This document shows, one piece after another, positions 1-11,942 of a stretch of DNA of 64,000 bases. Source of the stretch: Eledone cirrhosa (Eukaryota); NCBI GenBank assembly GCA_964016885.1, contig OZ024740.1, positions 270,568,001-270,632,000 of the forward strand, in the 5' to 3' direction. A program made the position numbers and the translations under genes. The notes below the pieces were generated by a model that was given only the letters and a program-made list of their open reading frames with translations, made no database searches and was not told where the DNA came from. Position 1 is the first letter of the stretch, and each line of letters opens with the position of its first letter.

Positions 1-59
1 TAGAGTGGGTAATAGGAACAAGTAAGACCCCGAGCTCAGCCGTCGGGGTCTTACTTGTT

Positions 60-128
<69 letters not shown>

Positions 129-135
<7 letters not shown>

Positions 136-1000
136 AATATTGAAAAATTGGATTATAGAAATAATGTACAAATTGAATAAATCTATTAAAAATGTATGAG
201 GGAAAGAACAATTTCACAGCGTCAACATAAATACCAGAAGAAACAAACACAAACATAAATAAATTCTATGAATGATATTGTCCTGAAAAGATATAACAGT
301 TTATACAATTTTTTAAAGCAATTCTTTTTATGTCATGTCAATTATATTTTCAAACACATTAAAATATTAAGAAAAAATAAAGAAAGGACTATGAATGCCA
401 TAAATGAGATGAAAAGTGGGTAAAGACCAAGGAATATAGGGAAAGAGGAAAGAATATTAGGCAGCGGAAGAAAGAGAAGAAGAACAGGAGAGGGTGACAG
501 ACTCTACACCTAGGTCGGAGTGGTGTGAGCATGTCACCTTCACTGCTAAAAATAAATCTTGAAAATTTGTATTTTAAAATTGAATATTTAGCAGTATGGC
601 AATCACTTGTAGATAAATGTCCTCTATTTGTTGACATACTTTCGAAAAATAGCTTTTTTCTCCACTCCCATATATAAAGAGATAAATAATACAATTACCC
701 TAAGTTTGTAATTCTAATTTTATTTATCATCTTCCACAAACCTTGCAATCTGAGATTGCTGGAATAATATATATTAGGCCAGTGCGTCAGCACCATCAGA
801 AAGTATAGAGTTAGAATTGTTAAAGAAAGCTATTAGCTAGCATTCAATTCTATTCTATTACTTCCTTTTGCTAAGGTATTGCAATGGATTTGATATACAT
901 GTTAAAATTACACTTTCAGGCATTTCTTATATGAAACAGGAATCCATAATATTATAGATTCTTAGTTAACCCATAATAACACAAGAACAAAAAAGCAAAT
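129..1000 (-). mobile_element. Degenerate 3' end of a LINE (probably L1/Tx1-like), copy 1, tail abutting (TA)n
   Basis: 129-770 is near-identical to 2658-3385. The minus strand reads ...GLWKMINK...YIWEWRKKLFFE, resembling L1-type ORF2 C-termini, and ends in a CAATAA(A)-like signal at (TA)n. Left/5' boundary approximate. Confidence 0.45.
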
Positions 1001-1929
1001 TAACAAATACATAAATAAACTACGCCATTCTTTTTGACTTAAATACGCCGAAATTAAAAGTTCTATCGTTGTTTTTTCTTTTTTCTTTTTGAATCTAATC
1101 TAGCTAAGTACAACGCCATTTACAGATTAGAAATATTTGATAAGGAAAAATTCTTTCTCAATAGCGTGTGTGCGCGACTGACTAGCTTAACACTTTCAGA
1201 TCAATGAGTCTGCCCACCCATTTCCTCTTGTTTTTTTTTGTCCTGTCTAGCCCCTTTCATTGCCATCATGAGTGTAATAAATATTGATAGTACAAGCCTA
1301 AATCAGGACTAAACCAGCCATTTGAACAAGCCCCCCCCCCCCCCCCCCCCCCCCATTGATGACCACACCCGGAGAAAAACAAAAAACGAGAACTTTTAAG
1401 AATGTTCGGCTTTGACTGTCTGCCCATATATGGATTATACCCCCTTGATAAGTTCAGCTAGATTCCCACCGTTTGAATACTGGTGCTTTAGTTCGGATCT
1501 AGCTGTCGAAACAGCCGCCAGGGCCCCTGAATCTTTTCATATATATGTGTATATATATATATATGTCGGGTCACTCTTGGGGGCTACTGGTAAAATATAA
1601 CCCAGTACAACTTGTCGCATGGTCGGACGTCGGCGACTAAACCCATAATCCCACCAAGTTTACTTGGGGAGGAGGGTGATTTTGGACACCCTGCAGGACA
1701 AAAAACAAAACTTAACAAAGGGCGGAAGAACTGATACGAGTCGTCGGCCATCCAAAAATGTGTAAATATGTATATACAGATGTACATATGTATCAGTGGC
1801 GAAGGGTAACCTGGAAAGCAGGGCATGCAGTCCAATCGCCATGGCGGAAAGTTGGGCTGGGCATCCTTACCCCCCCCCCAATTCCCTCTAATTTACTCTC
1901 CCGGTCAAAGCCGCATGTAGTGTTATCTA

Positions 1930-1970
<41 letters not shown>

Positions 1971-2602
1971 ATCTTTTTATGTGTCTACGTTTTAGTAAGC
2001 AGTCAAAATTCTGCTTGCCCAAAGCTGTCGTGTGTTTGTGTGTATGTGTTTGTATGTGTGTATGTGTGTATGTGTTATCTTTTTTGTGCCTATATGTTTT
2101 AGTAAGCAGCCAAAATTCTGCTTGCTTCAACCCACGCAATTGATCAACTCAAGATTCTATAACGCATGCACTGCATGCGTTGCATGCACGGTCCCTTTGC
2201 CCCTGATATGTATGTATATGCATATATGTATATGCATGTGTGCATGTGTATGCATATGCGCGGGGACATAGAAATAGTCGGGCTGGACACCCGATCGAGC
2301 GGTTAAACCACTGGGAGTGAAGAACCCTTAGCGTTTGTCATGGCATTCTTCTAGGAGAAGGCAACTCAGGAAACTGGGATAACTCCGACATTAAACCTGC
2401 GGCTCGGTAGTTATCAATGATGTTGATATTTTCTTCTTTTCGGGTTATAGCTAATGTCGCTGAGAGAGTGGGATTGGCTCAGTGCACAGTCTTCCTCACT
2501 TTAAAAAAAAACTTCACACACAGGCATTGCACGATAGAATTAATTAATAATTATTAATAATGTGATATCGTGCAATGGCCACACTCGATAACGAGGTGGC
2601 AA

Positions 2603-2657
<55 letters not shown>

Positions 2658-2664
<7 letters not shown>

Positions 2665-3560
2665 AATATTGAAAAATTGGATTATAGAAATAATGTACAA
2701 GTTGAATAAATCTATTAAAAATGTATGAGGGAAAGAACATTTTCACAGCGTCAACATAAATACCAGAAGAAACAAACACAAACATAAATAAATTCTATGA
2801 ATGGTATTGTCCTGAAAAGATATAACAGTTTATACAATTTTTTAAAACAATTCTTTTTATTTCATGTCAATTATACTTTCGAACACATGTTATGCAATGA
2901 TGGAAATATTAAGAAAAAATAAAAACAAAATTAAGTAACGAAAACGGGGAAGAATTAAAAAGGGAGCGATCTGCTGTATAGGAAAATAAAGAAAGGGCTA
3001 TGAATGCTATAAATGAGAAGAAAAGTGGGTAAAGACCAAGGAATATAGGGAAAGAGGAATATTAGGCAGCGGAAGAAAGAGAAGAAGAAGAGGAGAGGAT
3101 GAGAGACTCTACACCCAGGTCGTGGTGGTGTGAGCAAGTCACTGCTAAAAATAAATCTTGAAAATTTGTATTTTAAAATTGAATATTTAGCAGTATGGCA
3201 ATCACTTGTAGATAAATGTCTTCTATCTGCTGACATGCTTTCGGAAAATAGCTTTTTTTCCACTCCCATATATAAAGAGATAAATAATACAATTTCCCTA
3301 AGGTCATTTCCCTATGTTTGTAATTCTAATTTTATTTATCATCTTCTACAAACCTTGGAATCTGGGATTGCTGGAATAATACATGGTTAAAGAGTCGATC
3401 GAATACATATTTGGTCAAATAGTAGGAATTTAAAACGCCGTAAAGATTGTAACACCATCTAACATAATTCCTTTCGTTGATCCGAGGAAACAAAAGATAG
3501 TTAAACAATGATGTTATTTCAATATCCGGAGTTCGGTATTAACTTTCAAATCCCCTACTA
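2658..3560 (-). mobile_element. Degenerate LINE 3' end, copy 2 of the same family
   Basis: Direct homology to 129-770, same (TA)n junction (TATTGAATATTGAAAAATTGG...). Confidence 0.45.
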
Positions 3561-3604
3561 AATTTAGTAACTTGTAGGGAATAAAAATGTTTTATATATA
3601 TATA

Positions 3605-4982
3605 TATATAATATTATAAAGCTGAGCGTTGTGTGTATTATGTATGTATGTATCCTACACACCTCCCTATAGTTTGTTAGCTTTACTCTCTCCGTCGCTC
3701 TTCCCTCTTTCTATAATAGATCATTCCGCCTCTCTATAATTTAACTGCTTTACCCTCTCTGTCACTCTTCACTCTCAAATATTATAAAGCTGAGCGTCGT
3801 CTCTCTCTCTCTCTCCCTCTTTTACTCTCTCCGTCGCTCTTCCCTCTCTCTATAATAGATCATTCTCCCTCTCTATAATTTAACTGCTTTACTCTCTCTG
3901 TCGCTCTTCACTCTCAAATATTAAAAAGTTGAGCGTCTTCTCTCTCTCCCCCTCTTTCACCCTCTCTATAATTTAACTGCTTTACTCTCTGTCTCTCTTC
4001 ACTCTCTACATGACAACACTCTTTTACTTTCTGTATGTTTATTTCAAAAGGATAACCTCCTTCAAAAAGCAGGTAATACATAATCAAAAGGCAACCCTCT
4101 TAGAGAGGCAGAGAGTGAAAGAGAGTTGATTAGGAAAACTACCCACACACACATCTAACGAGAGAGAGAGAGGAGATAGGAGAGCCACAATCATGACTGG
4201 AGTTGGTAGGGGAGAAGATGTGTTTATTCAACGCATCCCGTTGCTGCCAGCAGACTTGCTCTTTCAGTTCAAGCGACTTCAGTTTCCAATCAGACTAAGC
4301 TTCGCGATTACCATCATCAACAAAGCTCAGGGTCAAACCCTCAAAGTCGCTGGCCTTCATCTGGAAACACCATGCTTCCCGAGGGCCGAACAAAAAACAT
4401 TGTGTACTCTGAGGCTCTAACAATGTAAGTTTTGTATTTTTGTAATGTGGAATTTTCATTACAGCTGTACATGGATTGACAGACCTTGCAACGGATTCAC
4501 CATTTTATTAAACCTATGGGTCAGCATTGCATGGGCCAAAATCACACCGGAAGTCATTCGTAATACCTGGATCGGTGTCGGATATCATGATGTGTCCGGA
4601 TAAATTCAACTGAACGAACAACGGCCCTTTTAAAGGCTACCTTCTTGTAATTGTTACCGTAATCTATTCTTTAACGGCTTTCTGCAGACTTGAAATTTTT
4701 AACCAAGACTACAGCCAGTACACAGTTGTCAGACCGAATTGTCAGTTTGTCTGTGCCTCTGCACATGTACACCCACTGGGTAGTACATACACACGCTGCG
4801 TATACACGCACAGGCATGCTCCAAGCACACGTGATGGGAACAGTTGGCGGATTTATACCGTAGCTCCTCCCCTTTGCTACGAAGTCGGAAGGACAATGTG
4901 ACATGGGAGGGTGTGTGGTATCTTTTCAGTGGAGTGGTGGGGGCAGGTATACCTAGCCGGGCACCAGCCGGACGGGCCATTA

Positions 4983-4983
<1 letters not shown>
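3605..4983 (+). mobile_element. Non-autonomous Helitron derivative carrying a Pif1-like helicase C-terminal fragment (4193-4420)
   Basis: ORF reads IQRIPLLPADLLFQFKRLQFPIRLSFAITIINKAQGQTLKVAGLHLETPCF, the RepHel helicase motif region. Internal ~135-170 bp tandem repeats at 3660-4010. GC-rich stretch then TTAG before (TA)n at 4983. Ends approximate. Confidence 0.7.
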
Positions 4984-5040
<57 letters not shown>

Positions 5041-5160
5041 TTATTAAAATAACAGATTAAAGTTTAAGCAAAGAATCGTTGCTTTCACCCTTAACGGGAT
5101 CTGCTGAAACTCATCGGATTTTAGTCTTCACATTTTTTATTATTACTATTTATATATATT

Positions 5161-5191
<31 letters not shown>

Positions 5192-5198
5192 ATGTTTG

Positions 5199-5273
<75 letters not shown>

Positions 5274-6019
5274 CGTGGAAGCTGTTTATTGTGATCAATT
5301 TGCGATCAAGCTCTTTTGATAACCGGTCTATCGCATCAGCTGTGATTACAATACACGGCTACCACTAAATCTGTGTGTATATCTATGTAAATGGAATAAG
5401 GGCCCAGATGATATTTTGTTTGTTTTCTATGGCGTGTGTGTGTCTGTGTGTGTGTGTGTTTATATGCGTATGTCTATGCGTGTGCGTATGTGTATGTGTG
5501 CGTGTGTTTGTGTGTGTGTGTGTGTGTATTTAGGTGCGGTTCCATTATGCCAAGAGTTCACGTTTATTTACAAGAGCAAAGAAAAATAAACAAAAACAGC
5601 TAAATGTACATATAAAGATGATTGAAAGTTCTGTTGAAAATACAAAGACGAAAGTCTAAAAAAAAAAGTGATTGATATTAATAAAATAATATACTTTTTG
5701 AGGAGAAATATATTTCAGTTGGAAATAATTGTTTGTGGTGTGGTGAAGCTTTTCGGAAGGTTGTGAGATTTTCTATTGTCTTGTGGTGTGAGCGTGTGAG
5801 CGACGGAGTGTGTGTATGTGTATGTGCATGGGCGTATGTATGTGTATATGTGTGTGTATGTGTGTGTGTGCGTGTGTGTGTGTAGTTGTGGCTCCATTGT
5901 GTCAATATCTAAAGTTTATTTTTAGCTGTTGAAAATAAAAAAAAATTAAAAAATGAAGAGAAGTAAATAAAAAATACAAATATAGATATAAACACACACA
6001 CAGATATATATATAAATAT

Positions 6020-6117
<98 letters not shown>

Positions 6118-6126
6118 ATATATATA

Positions 6127-6465
6127 TTAGTTTTGCGAGGTTTTTTATATGAAATCGTGTGTCGAAACAAATATTGTTATACTTGGGGAGGGTCATATTT
6201 GTGTTATATTGCCAGAATTAATAACAGAACACACTCACTGTTTGGTTGGTTTTCGCTTTTCGCTTCTGTGTCTTTTATATCGGTAATCTAATATACTCGG
6301 TCCTCAAGTTGCCATTGACTGACCGACGGTCAAAAATAACACAGATACATATATTAGATTACCGATATAAAAGACACAGAAGCGAAAAGCGAAAACCAAC
6401 CAAACAGTGAGTGTGTTCTGTTATTAATTCTGGCAATATTACACAAATATGACCCTCCTCAAGTA
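6127..6465. repeat. Fold-back element with ~110 bp inverted arms (6182-6293 / 6351-6463), between (TA)n tracts
   Basis: CTTGGGGAGGGTCATATTTGTG...GGTAATCTAATAT is mirrored by ATATTAGATTACC...CAAATATGACCCTCCTCAAG. Related copy at 16950-17185. Confidence 0.8.
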
Positions 6466-6466
6466 G

Positions 6467-6504
<38 letters not shown>

Positions 6505-6539
6505 ACACACACACACACAAATACATACCACAGAAAAAC

Positions 6540-6727
6540 ATAATTGTTTCTACTTTTTGGCACAAGGCCAGCAATTACCCAGTGCATTACTGGTACTTTA
6601 TTTTATCGATCCCGTAAGGATGAAAGGCAAAGTTAACCTCGGCGGGATTTGAACTCAGAATGGCAAAGACCGTAACTCTATGCGTCAAAGCATGGCGTCC
6701 GACCCTCTACCGATACTGCCAATCCAT
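6540..6727 (-). mobile_element. tRNA-derived SINE, family A
   Basis: Minus strand has an A-box-like TGGCAGTATCGG, B-box GAGTTCAAATCCC and central GCCTTTCATCCTTACGGGATCGATAAAAT (resembles the Nin/Deu SINE domain, from recall). More than 10 copies in the window. Confidence 0.85.
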
Positions 6728-7139
6728 CGAAAAACATAATGCCATCTGGGTCTTTATCCGGAATAAAAAATTAACTGTCAATTTAAATCAATAGAATTTT
6801 CTCGAATATCAATTAAATTCCGACCTGTTGACCCTCACCTCCCCACCTTCATAAAGAACAAATATAAGAAGAGATTTTGAGAGGAAATTCACAGATGCTC
6901 TAACTGCCAAGAAAATATGAGAACAAACTTTCTTGATAAACCGCTAATATTTTACAAAACTTAAATTTGTTTAGCCAGCAGGCCTCGACTGTGGAGATGG
7001 CAAACGCCCCAACGAAATTACCCTCTTCACATTCGAAGGAGGCTGATCCCTCATTTGGGACGCCACATGCGACACTTTCTCCGCCTCCAAGGTAGTCGCC
7101 ACAAACTGGTACGAACCCCAGTATTATGCCCCACAATGC

Positions 7140-7600
7140 AGATGACAGGAAGACAAACAAATACCGCGGATTGTCCGGCTGCCGTCGAGACCTCAGGCTT
7201 ACTTGGACCCCGTACTGTCGAGCTCCTACGCAAGGAGGAAAGAGCCCCACGAGGTGGGGTGGCTGATGCAGCGGGTCTCGCTGGCCATTGTCCACGGAAA
7301 TGCATTTGCAGTTTTTTTTCATGTGGCGCAGCCCCAACACCGCCACACCATATGCCCAGAGCCCATCACCCCTCTCCTCTTCCCCTTCTTTTCTTCTGTG
7401 GCCCTAGAGTCCTTGCTTTTCCCCTCCTTTTCCTCCCATTTATTGCATTTATAGTCCTTTCCTCTACTTACCCATACAGCTAGTTCTGCCCTTCTTAACC
7501 CCTTCTTCATTTTCTCATGACATAATTTTGCTTTTATCTTTCTTTTTCATATTTATGTAATCATCAATGATTTTTAAGCCAACGTAGTGAATAAAAAAAG
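7140..7600 (+). mobile_element. CRE-clade non-LTR retrotransposon, 3' fragment
   Basis: CPAAVETSGLLGP...WLMQRVSLAIVHGNA, the end of the restriction-like endonuclease, followed by a pyrimidine-rich 3'UTR and AATAAA. Confidence 0.7.
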
Positions 7601-7733
7601 AATTAATGTAATAAGTATAAAAATAGTTATCCTGTTGGATTAAAGAAAAAAATAATCTTTAAATATGGCCTTTTCCACTTTTTATCAATAATCTTCGATT
7701 TGTATGGAACTTTACCCCCTTTTTAACTATATA

Positions 7734-7763
<30 letters not shown>

Positions 7764-7765
<2 letters not shown>

Positions 7766-9717
7766 TTTGAGTCTCAGTCATTGATGTTAGTTAACTGGAA
7801 AGTTTGTTGAAATGAATATCAAGCCACTACCTGCAGCCTCAGATATTCAGGACGTATCGGAGGGTTCTTGCTGTTCCCAGCAAGCATGCCTTTTGAAGCG
7901 TTCCAAAAAGCGTGGCGGGGCCAATTTTATTTAACCATCCCTGGAAATTTTTTGAGATAGTACCTAGTGCGCCTATGACAATCGGGACCACTTTGACTTC
8001 ATGGCAATTCCAAATCCTTTTTACCTCCCACTTTAAGTCCTGGTATCGGTTAATTTTCTCCCTCTCCTTCTCTTGCACTCTCGTGTCGAATGGGCAGGCC
8101 ACATCCACAATCAGGCACGATCTTTTTTCTTTGTCCAAAACCACCAGGTCAGGTCTATTGTGTTCCAGTTTCTTGTCCGTCTGTATCCTAAAATCCCACA
8201 GCACCTTCACCTGATCGTTTTCTATCACCGACTCTGGCTTATGCTCATACCACTTCTCAGAATGAGGTAAATTGTTTACTTTGCATAGGTGCCAGTGGAT
8301 CACCCTGCCCATCACATCATGTCTTCAGCCCTTATAGTGAGTCTGGGCTAGGTGTTTACACTCGGATATATTGTGAGCCACAGTCTCCTCTCTCTCTCCA
8401 CAGATCCTGCACAGTAGACTAGCCTCCTCCTTGTAAATATGGTGTTTCAACCACTTCGTTTTGAGGGCCTGCTCTTGCGCAGCCATTAGCATTCCTTCTG
8501 TAGCCTTTTTAAGGTCTCCTCTTTTCAACCAGTTCCATGTCTGTGGATCTCTGAATTCAGTTTTCTCAAAGAAGGTACTATGAAAAGATTTTTCATGAAG
8601 GCTGCTCTTTCTCCTTGTTGTTATTTCCTCCTTGGACATCCCCTGGTCTATTGTCCTCTCCTTCAGTACAGTTCTGAGCATTGGCTCCTTACTATCAGTC
8701 ACGTATTTGTGTAGGTTGTTTTTCTCCATCTGAACACAGTTCTCTATGCTGATAAGACCTCTTCCACCTTCAGATCTCCTTAAGTAGAGTCTATCGACAT
8801 CACTCCTCTTGTGGAACATGTTGTAGATAGTCAATAGCTTCCTAGTCTTCCTATCCATTTCGTTTTGTTCAGCAACATTCCATCTCAGAATTTCCGCACT
8901 GTACCTAATAATAGACACAGCTCGGGAATTTACTGCACTTATGGCATTCCTACTGTTCAGATGTGACTTTAATACGCTCCTTACTCTCCGAATGTATTCA
9001 GATCTTATCAATTCCTTCATTTTTTTGTTCTTGATGTCATCAGCCTCCAGAACACCCAAATACTTGTATCCTTCTTCAGTGTCAATTTCCTTTATCATCT
9101 CACCTGTTGGTACCTGGATTCCGTTGCTTCTGCTCAATTTACCCCTCTTCATCACAAGGACTCCACACTTACTAATACCAAATTGCATACATATATCATT
9201 GCTGAAAATACGGACAGTGTCAACAAGCACATCAAACTCCTTCTCACTCTTCCCGAAGAGCTTAAGATCGTCCATGAAGAGGAGGTGATTGATGGTAAGC
9301 TCTCCCTTTCCCAACTTGTATCCTGCTCTCACTTTTCGCAGTATAATGGTCAGGGGCATCAGGGCAAGGACAAACAACAGAGGGGACAGACTATCTCCCT
9401 GGAAGATACCTCTCTTGATCTTCACACCTCCCAAGGATTCTCCAGCTGATGTTAACTCTGTTTTCCAGGACTTCATACTTTTGCCCAACAACTGTCTGAT
9501 GTTATCTGCCACCTTGAAGATCTCTAGGCTTTTGGTTATCCAAGAATGAGGCACCATGTCAAATGCCTTTTCGTAGTCTATCCATCCCATGGCGAGATCA
9601 GTGTGTCTCCTCCTGCAATTCCTCATTACCATCTTATCAATAAGTAACTGGTCCTTTGTACCACGGGACTTCTTTCGGCATCCTTTCTGTTCGTCCGGTA
9701 ACAAGTTGTTTGTGTGG

Positions 9718-9718
<1 letters not shown>
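7764..9718 (-). mobile_element. 5'-truncated R4/Dong-like non-LTR retrotransposon inserted in (TAA)n
   Basis: RT motifs ([41 protein letters not shown]), CCHC finger CRICGE...HNISEC, RHD motif and RLE WDFRIQTD...NRPDLV...DVACP. Flanked by (ATT)n on both sides. Confidence 0.92.
7839..9704 (-). pseudogene. RT + zinc finger + restriction-like endonuclease ORF with one in-frame TGA (8325-8327)
   Basis: ORFs 8325..9704 and 7839..8315 are in the same frame: CAC TAT AAG GGC TGA AGA CAT GAT = HYKG*RHD. Confidence 0.9.

Positions 9719-9780
<62 letters not shown>
9718..9780. repeat. (ATT)n microsatellite shared by the Dong-like and Tx1-like insertions
   Basis: About 21 perfect ATT units. Confidence 0.98.
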
Positions 9781-10147
9781 GGCGACCTACGTAGGAAATC
9801 GTATTATCGTGAACTCCGCAAAGGTTTGTTGTTTTCAGTTGTTTAAAATTGCCATTTATGGAAAATTTTATTGTTAACTGTATATAAGTGTACATACATT
9901 GTTTTCTGAAAAGGACACTCAAAAAGATTGGGGCCTTGAGCCCAAAATTTAAACTGTTATAATTATCAAACAAAAATTTCTTTGAAAAAAATCATCGACG
10001 ACTCACAGTCACACCTTCCTCACAAACTAACACCTCACACCGACACCACCATTGTAAATATTACTACGTTTGCCAACACTAAAAATATAAGCAGTAGCAA
10101 TATTTCAAATTTGTCTCATGCAGACATTCATTTCCCGCCATTACCAA

Positions 10148-11866
10148 TGACTGCAGGTATTGAAGCCGCCACCCCCACCACCACCACAGCGACAACAGAA
10201 ACAAAAGAAAAAATAAATTATCTCGTGACATCGAAGTGGATTCACCCAGAATGGATTCTTTCACACCGAACACCACTGACGCCACCACCACCACAACTGA
10301 AACTAAAAATAACAATAACAAAAATAACAATAACAACAACAGCAACAACAACAATGAGAATAAGAAAACCACCCTGAGTTTTGCCAGAGTAGCAAAAAAG
10401 TGCGAAGCAATCCAGGTAACTCAGGAGGAATTAGATGAAACCAAGAGAATGGTAAAGAAAGATGGGTACAGGGTCAGTCTCACCCCCCCCCTAATAAAAT
10501 GGAGCATCGGCGCCTATGCACCGTGTCTTATCGGACGATTAACATAAAATCGCGCCGTGTGGAACGGGCATCCGAGTCCCAAATCCAAAAAGCTTTGGGA
10601 CATGTGTGGGCAAAAAAAACCTACATCAGACGTGGGCAGAAATATGGAACCGTGGACGTGTTCTTTGGAACACCACAGGAGGCCAGAGAACACTCCATGG
10701 CCCCATTAAGAAGTGACGACTTCACACTCGTCCCAAGCTATTGTGGCCAGAGACTCGTGAACATCAGGGTGACCCACGTTCCACCGGCCATCGAAATTCC
10801 CTGGCTAATGGCTGCCGTCCTCGCCGGCATCGAGGCCAACACCAAGATAATCAAAATAGCGAAAGAAAAGCAGGAGAACTGGTACGGATCTGGGATGGGG
10901 CTCCTGATCCAAGCGGACCAAAAAAGCATTGAGGAGATCCCAGAGTAATAGACCTCACTGACGGCAGCCACCTTACCGTAATTGTCGAGGGCAGAAGGCC
11001 TAGGTGTGTCGTTTGTGGTGAAGGAACCCACCTAAGGGCTTCTGCCCTCAGGCTAAAAGGTTGAGGCCACCTCTCTTACCCACCTCAGTGACTCAACCAT
11101 CAACAGCACCAGCAGCAGAAATGGCAGCAACAACTGTAGCAGCAACAACAGAAGCAACTGCAACAGCAACAACCCCAGCAACAGTAGCAAAACCAACACC
11201 ACCACCACCCAACGCGCCAGAACTAGCACCAGCGCCTACACCATCCACCACGCCACAACCAAAACCAACGCCTGTGGAGGATTTTCCACTCCCCGACCTA
11301 TCGCAACTGGAGACAGATTGTGACGACGAGGAGTGGGAAACGGTATCAGGAAAAAAGAAAAAAAGAAAAAATCCTCTTCCTTTCCCCTCCAAAACAAAAT
11401 ACAGAGGGAAACAAATAAACTATCAAACAAAAAAGTTAGGACAGATATGCCACCATCCACCCCAGCATCACCAACCGCGTCACCACAAACACCAACACCA
11501 TCACCATCATTAACCCCAACACCACCATCACCAACACCAGAAAAGTCACCAAAAACCGAAACAGAAACAAACACACAACAAACGCAAACAAAACAAAACA
11601 ACCAAAACGATACACACTACACAGCATTAAATTTGAACAACAACCAATTATTACACTACATCCAACACAACACCAGCATCACAGAAAAAGACTACACAAC
11701 AACCCAAAAGTTCACACCACCTCCACACATACAAATCACTCGCATCACACAGAAAACGTACATGACACTAAAACAAAAATTCCCCAAATACATCGGAGAC
11801 TTCCGACAAGCAATCTCCAGGAGGATTTATAAGGACATCCTTCCGGAGGAGGCCACAAGCAGTTAA
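10148..11866 (+). pseudogene. LINE ORF1 (gag-like, CCHC zinc knuckle, Thr/Pro-rich), frameshifted
   Basis: Fragments 10236-10547, 10499-10948, 11061-11513 and 11333-11866. VEGRRPRCVVCGEGTHLRA at ~10984-11045 is a CX2CX4H knuckle. WETVSGKKKKRK motif. Confidence 0.7.
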
Positions 11867-11942
11867 AAGGATGGAGAAACCATCCTTCCTCTACGAGAAG
11901 TAAGGTAAGTGGTCTTTCCCATCTTTTCCACTCCATTTCAAC

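Noticed and set aside
8325-8327. In-frame TGA in the Dong-like ORF as possible selenocysteine or readthrough
   Set aside because: Most simply a TGG>TGA mutation before the RHD motif in a 5'-truncated dead copy. No SECIS evident in the short 3'UTR.
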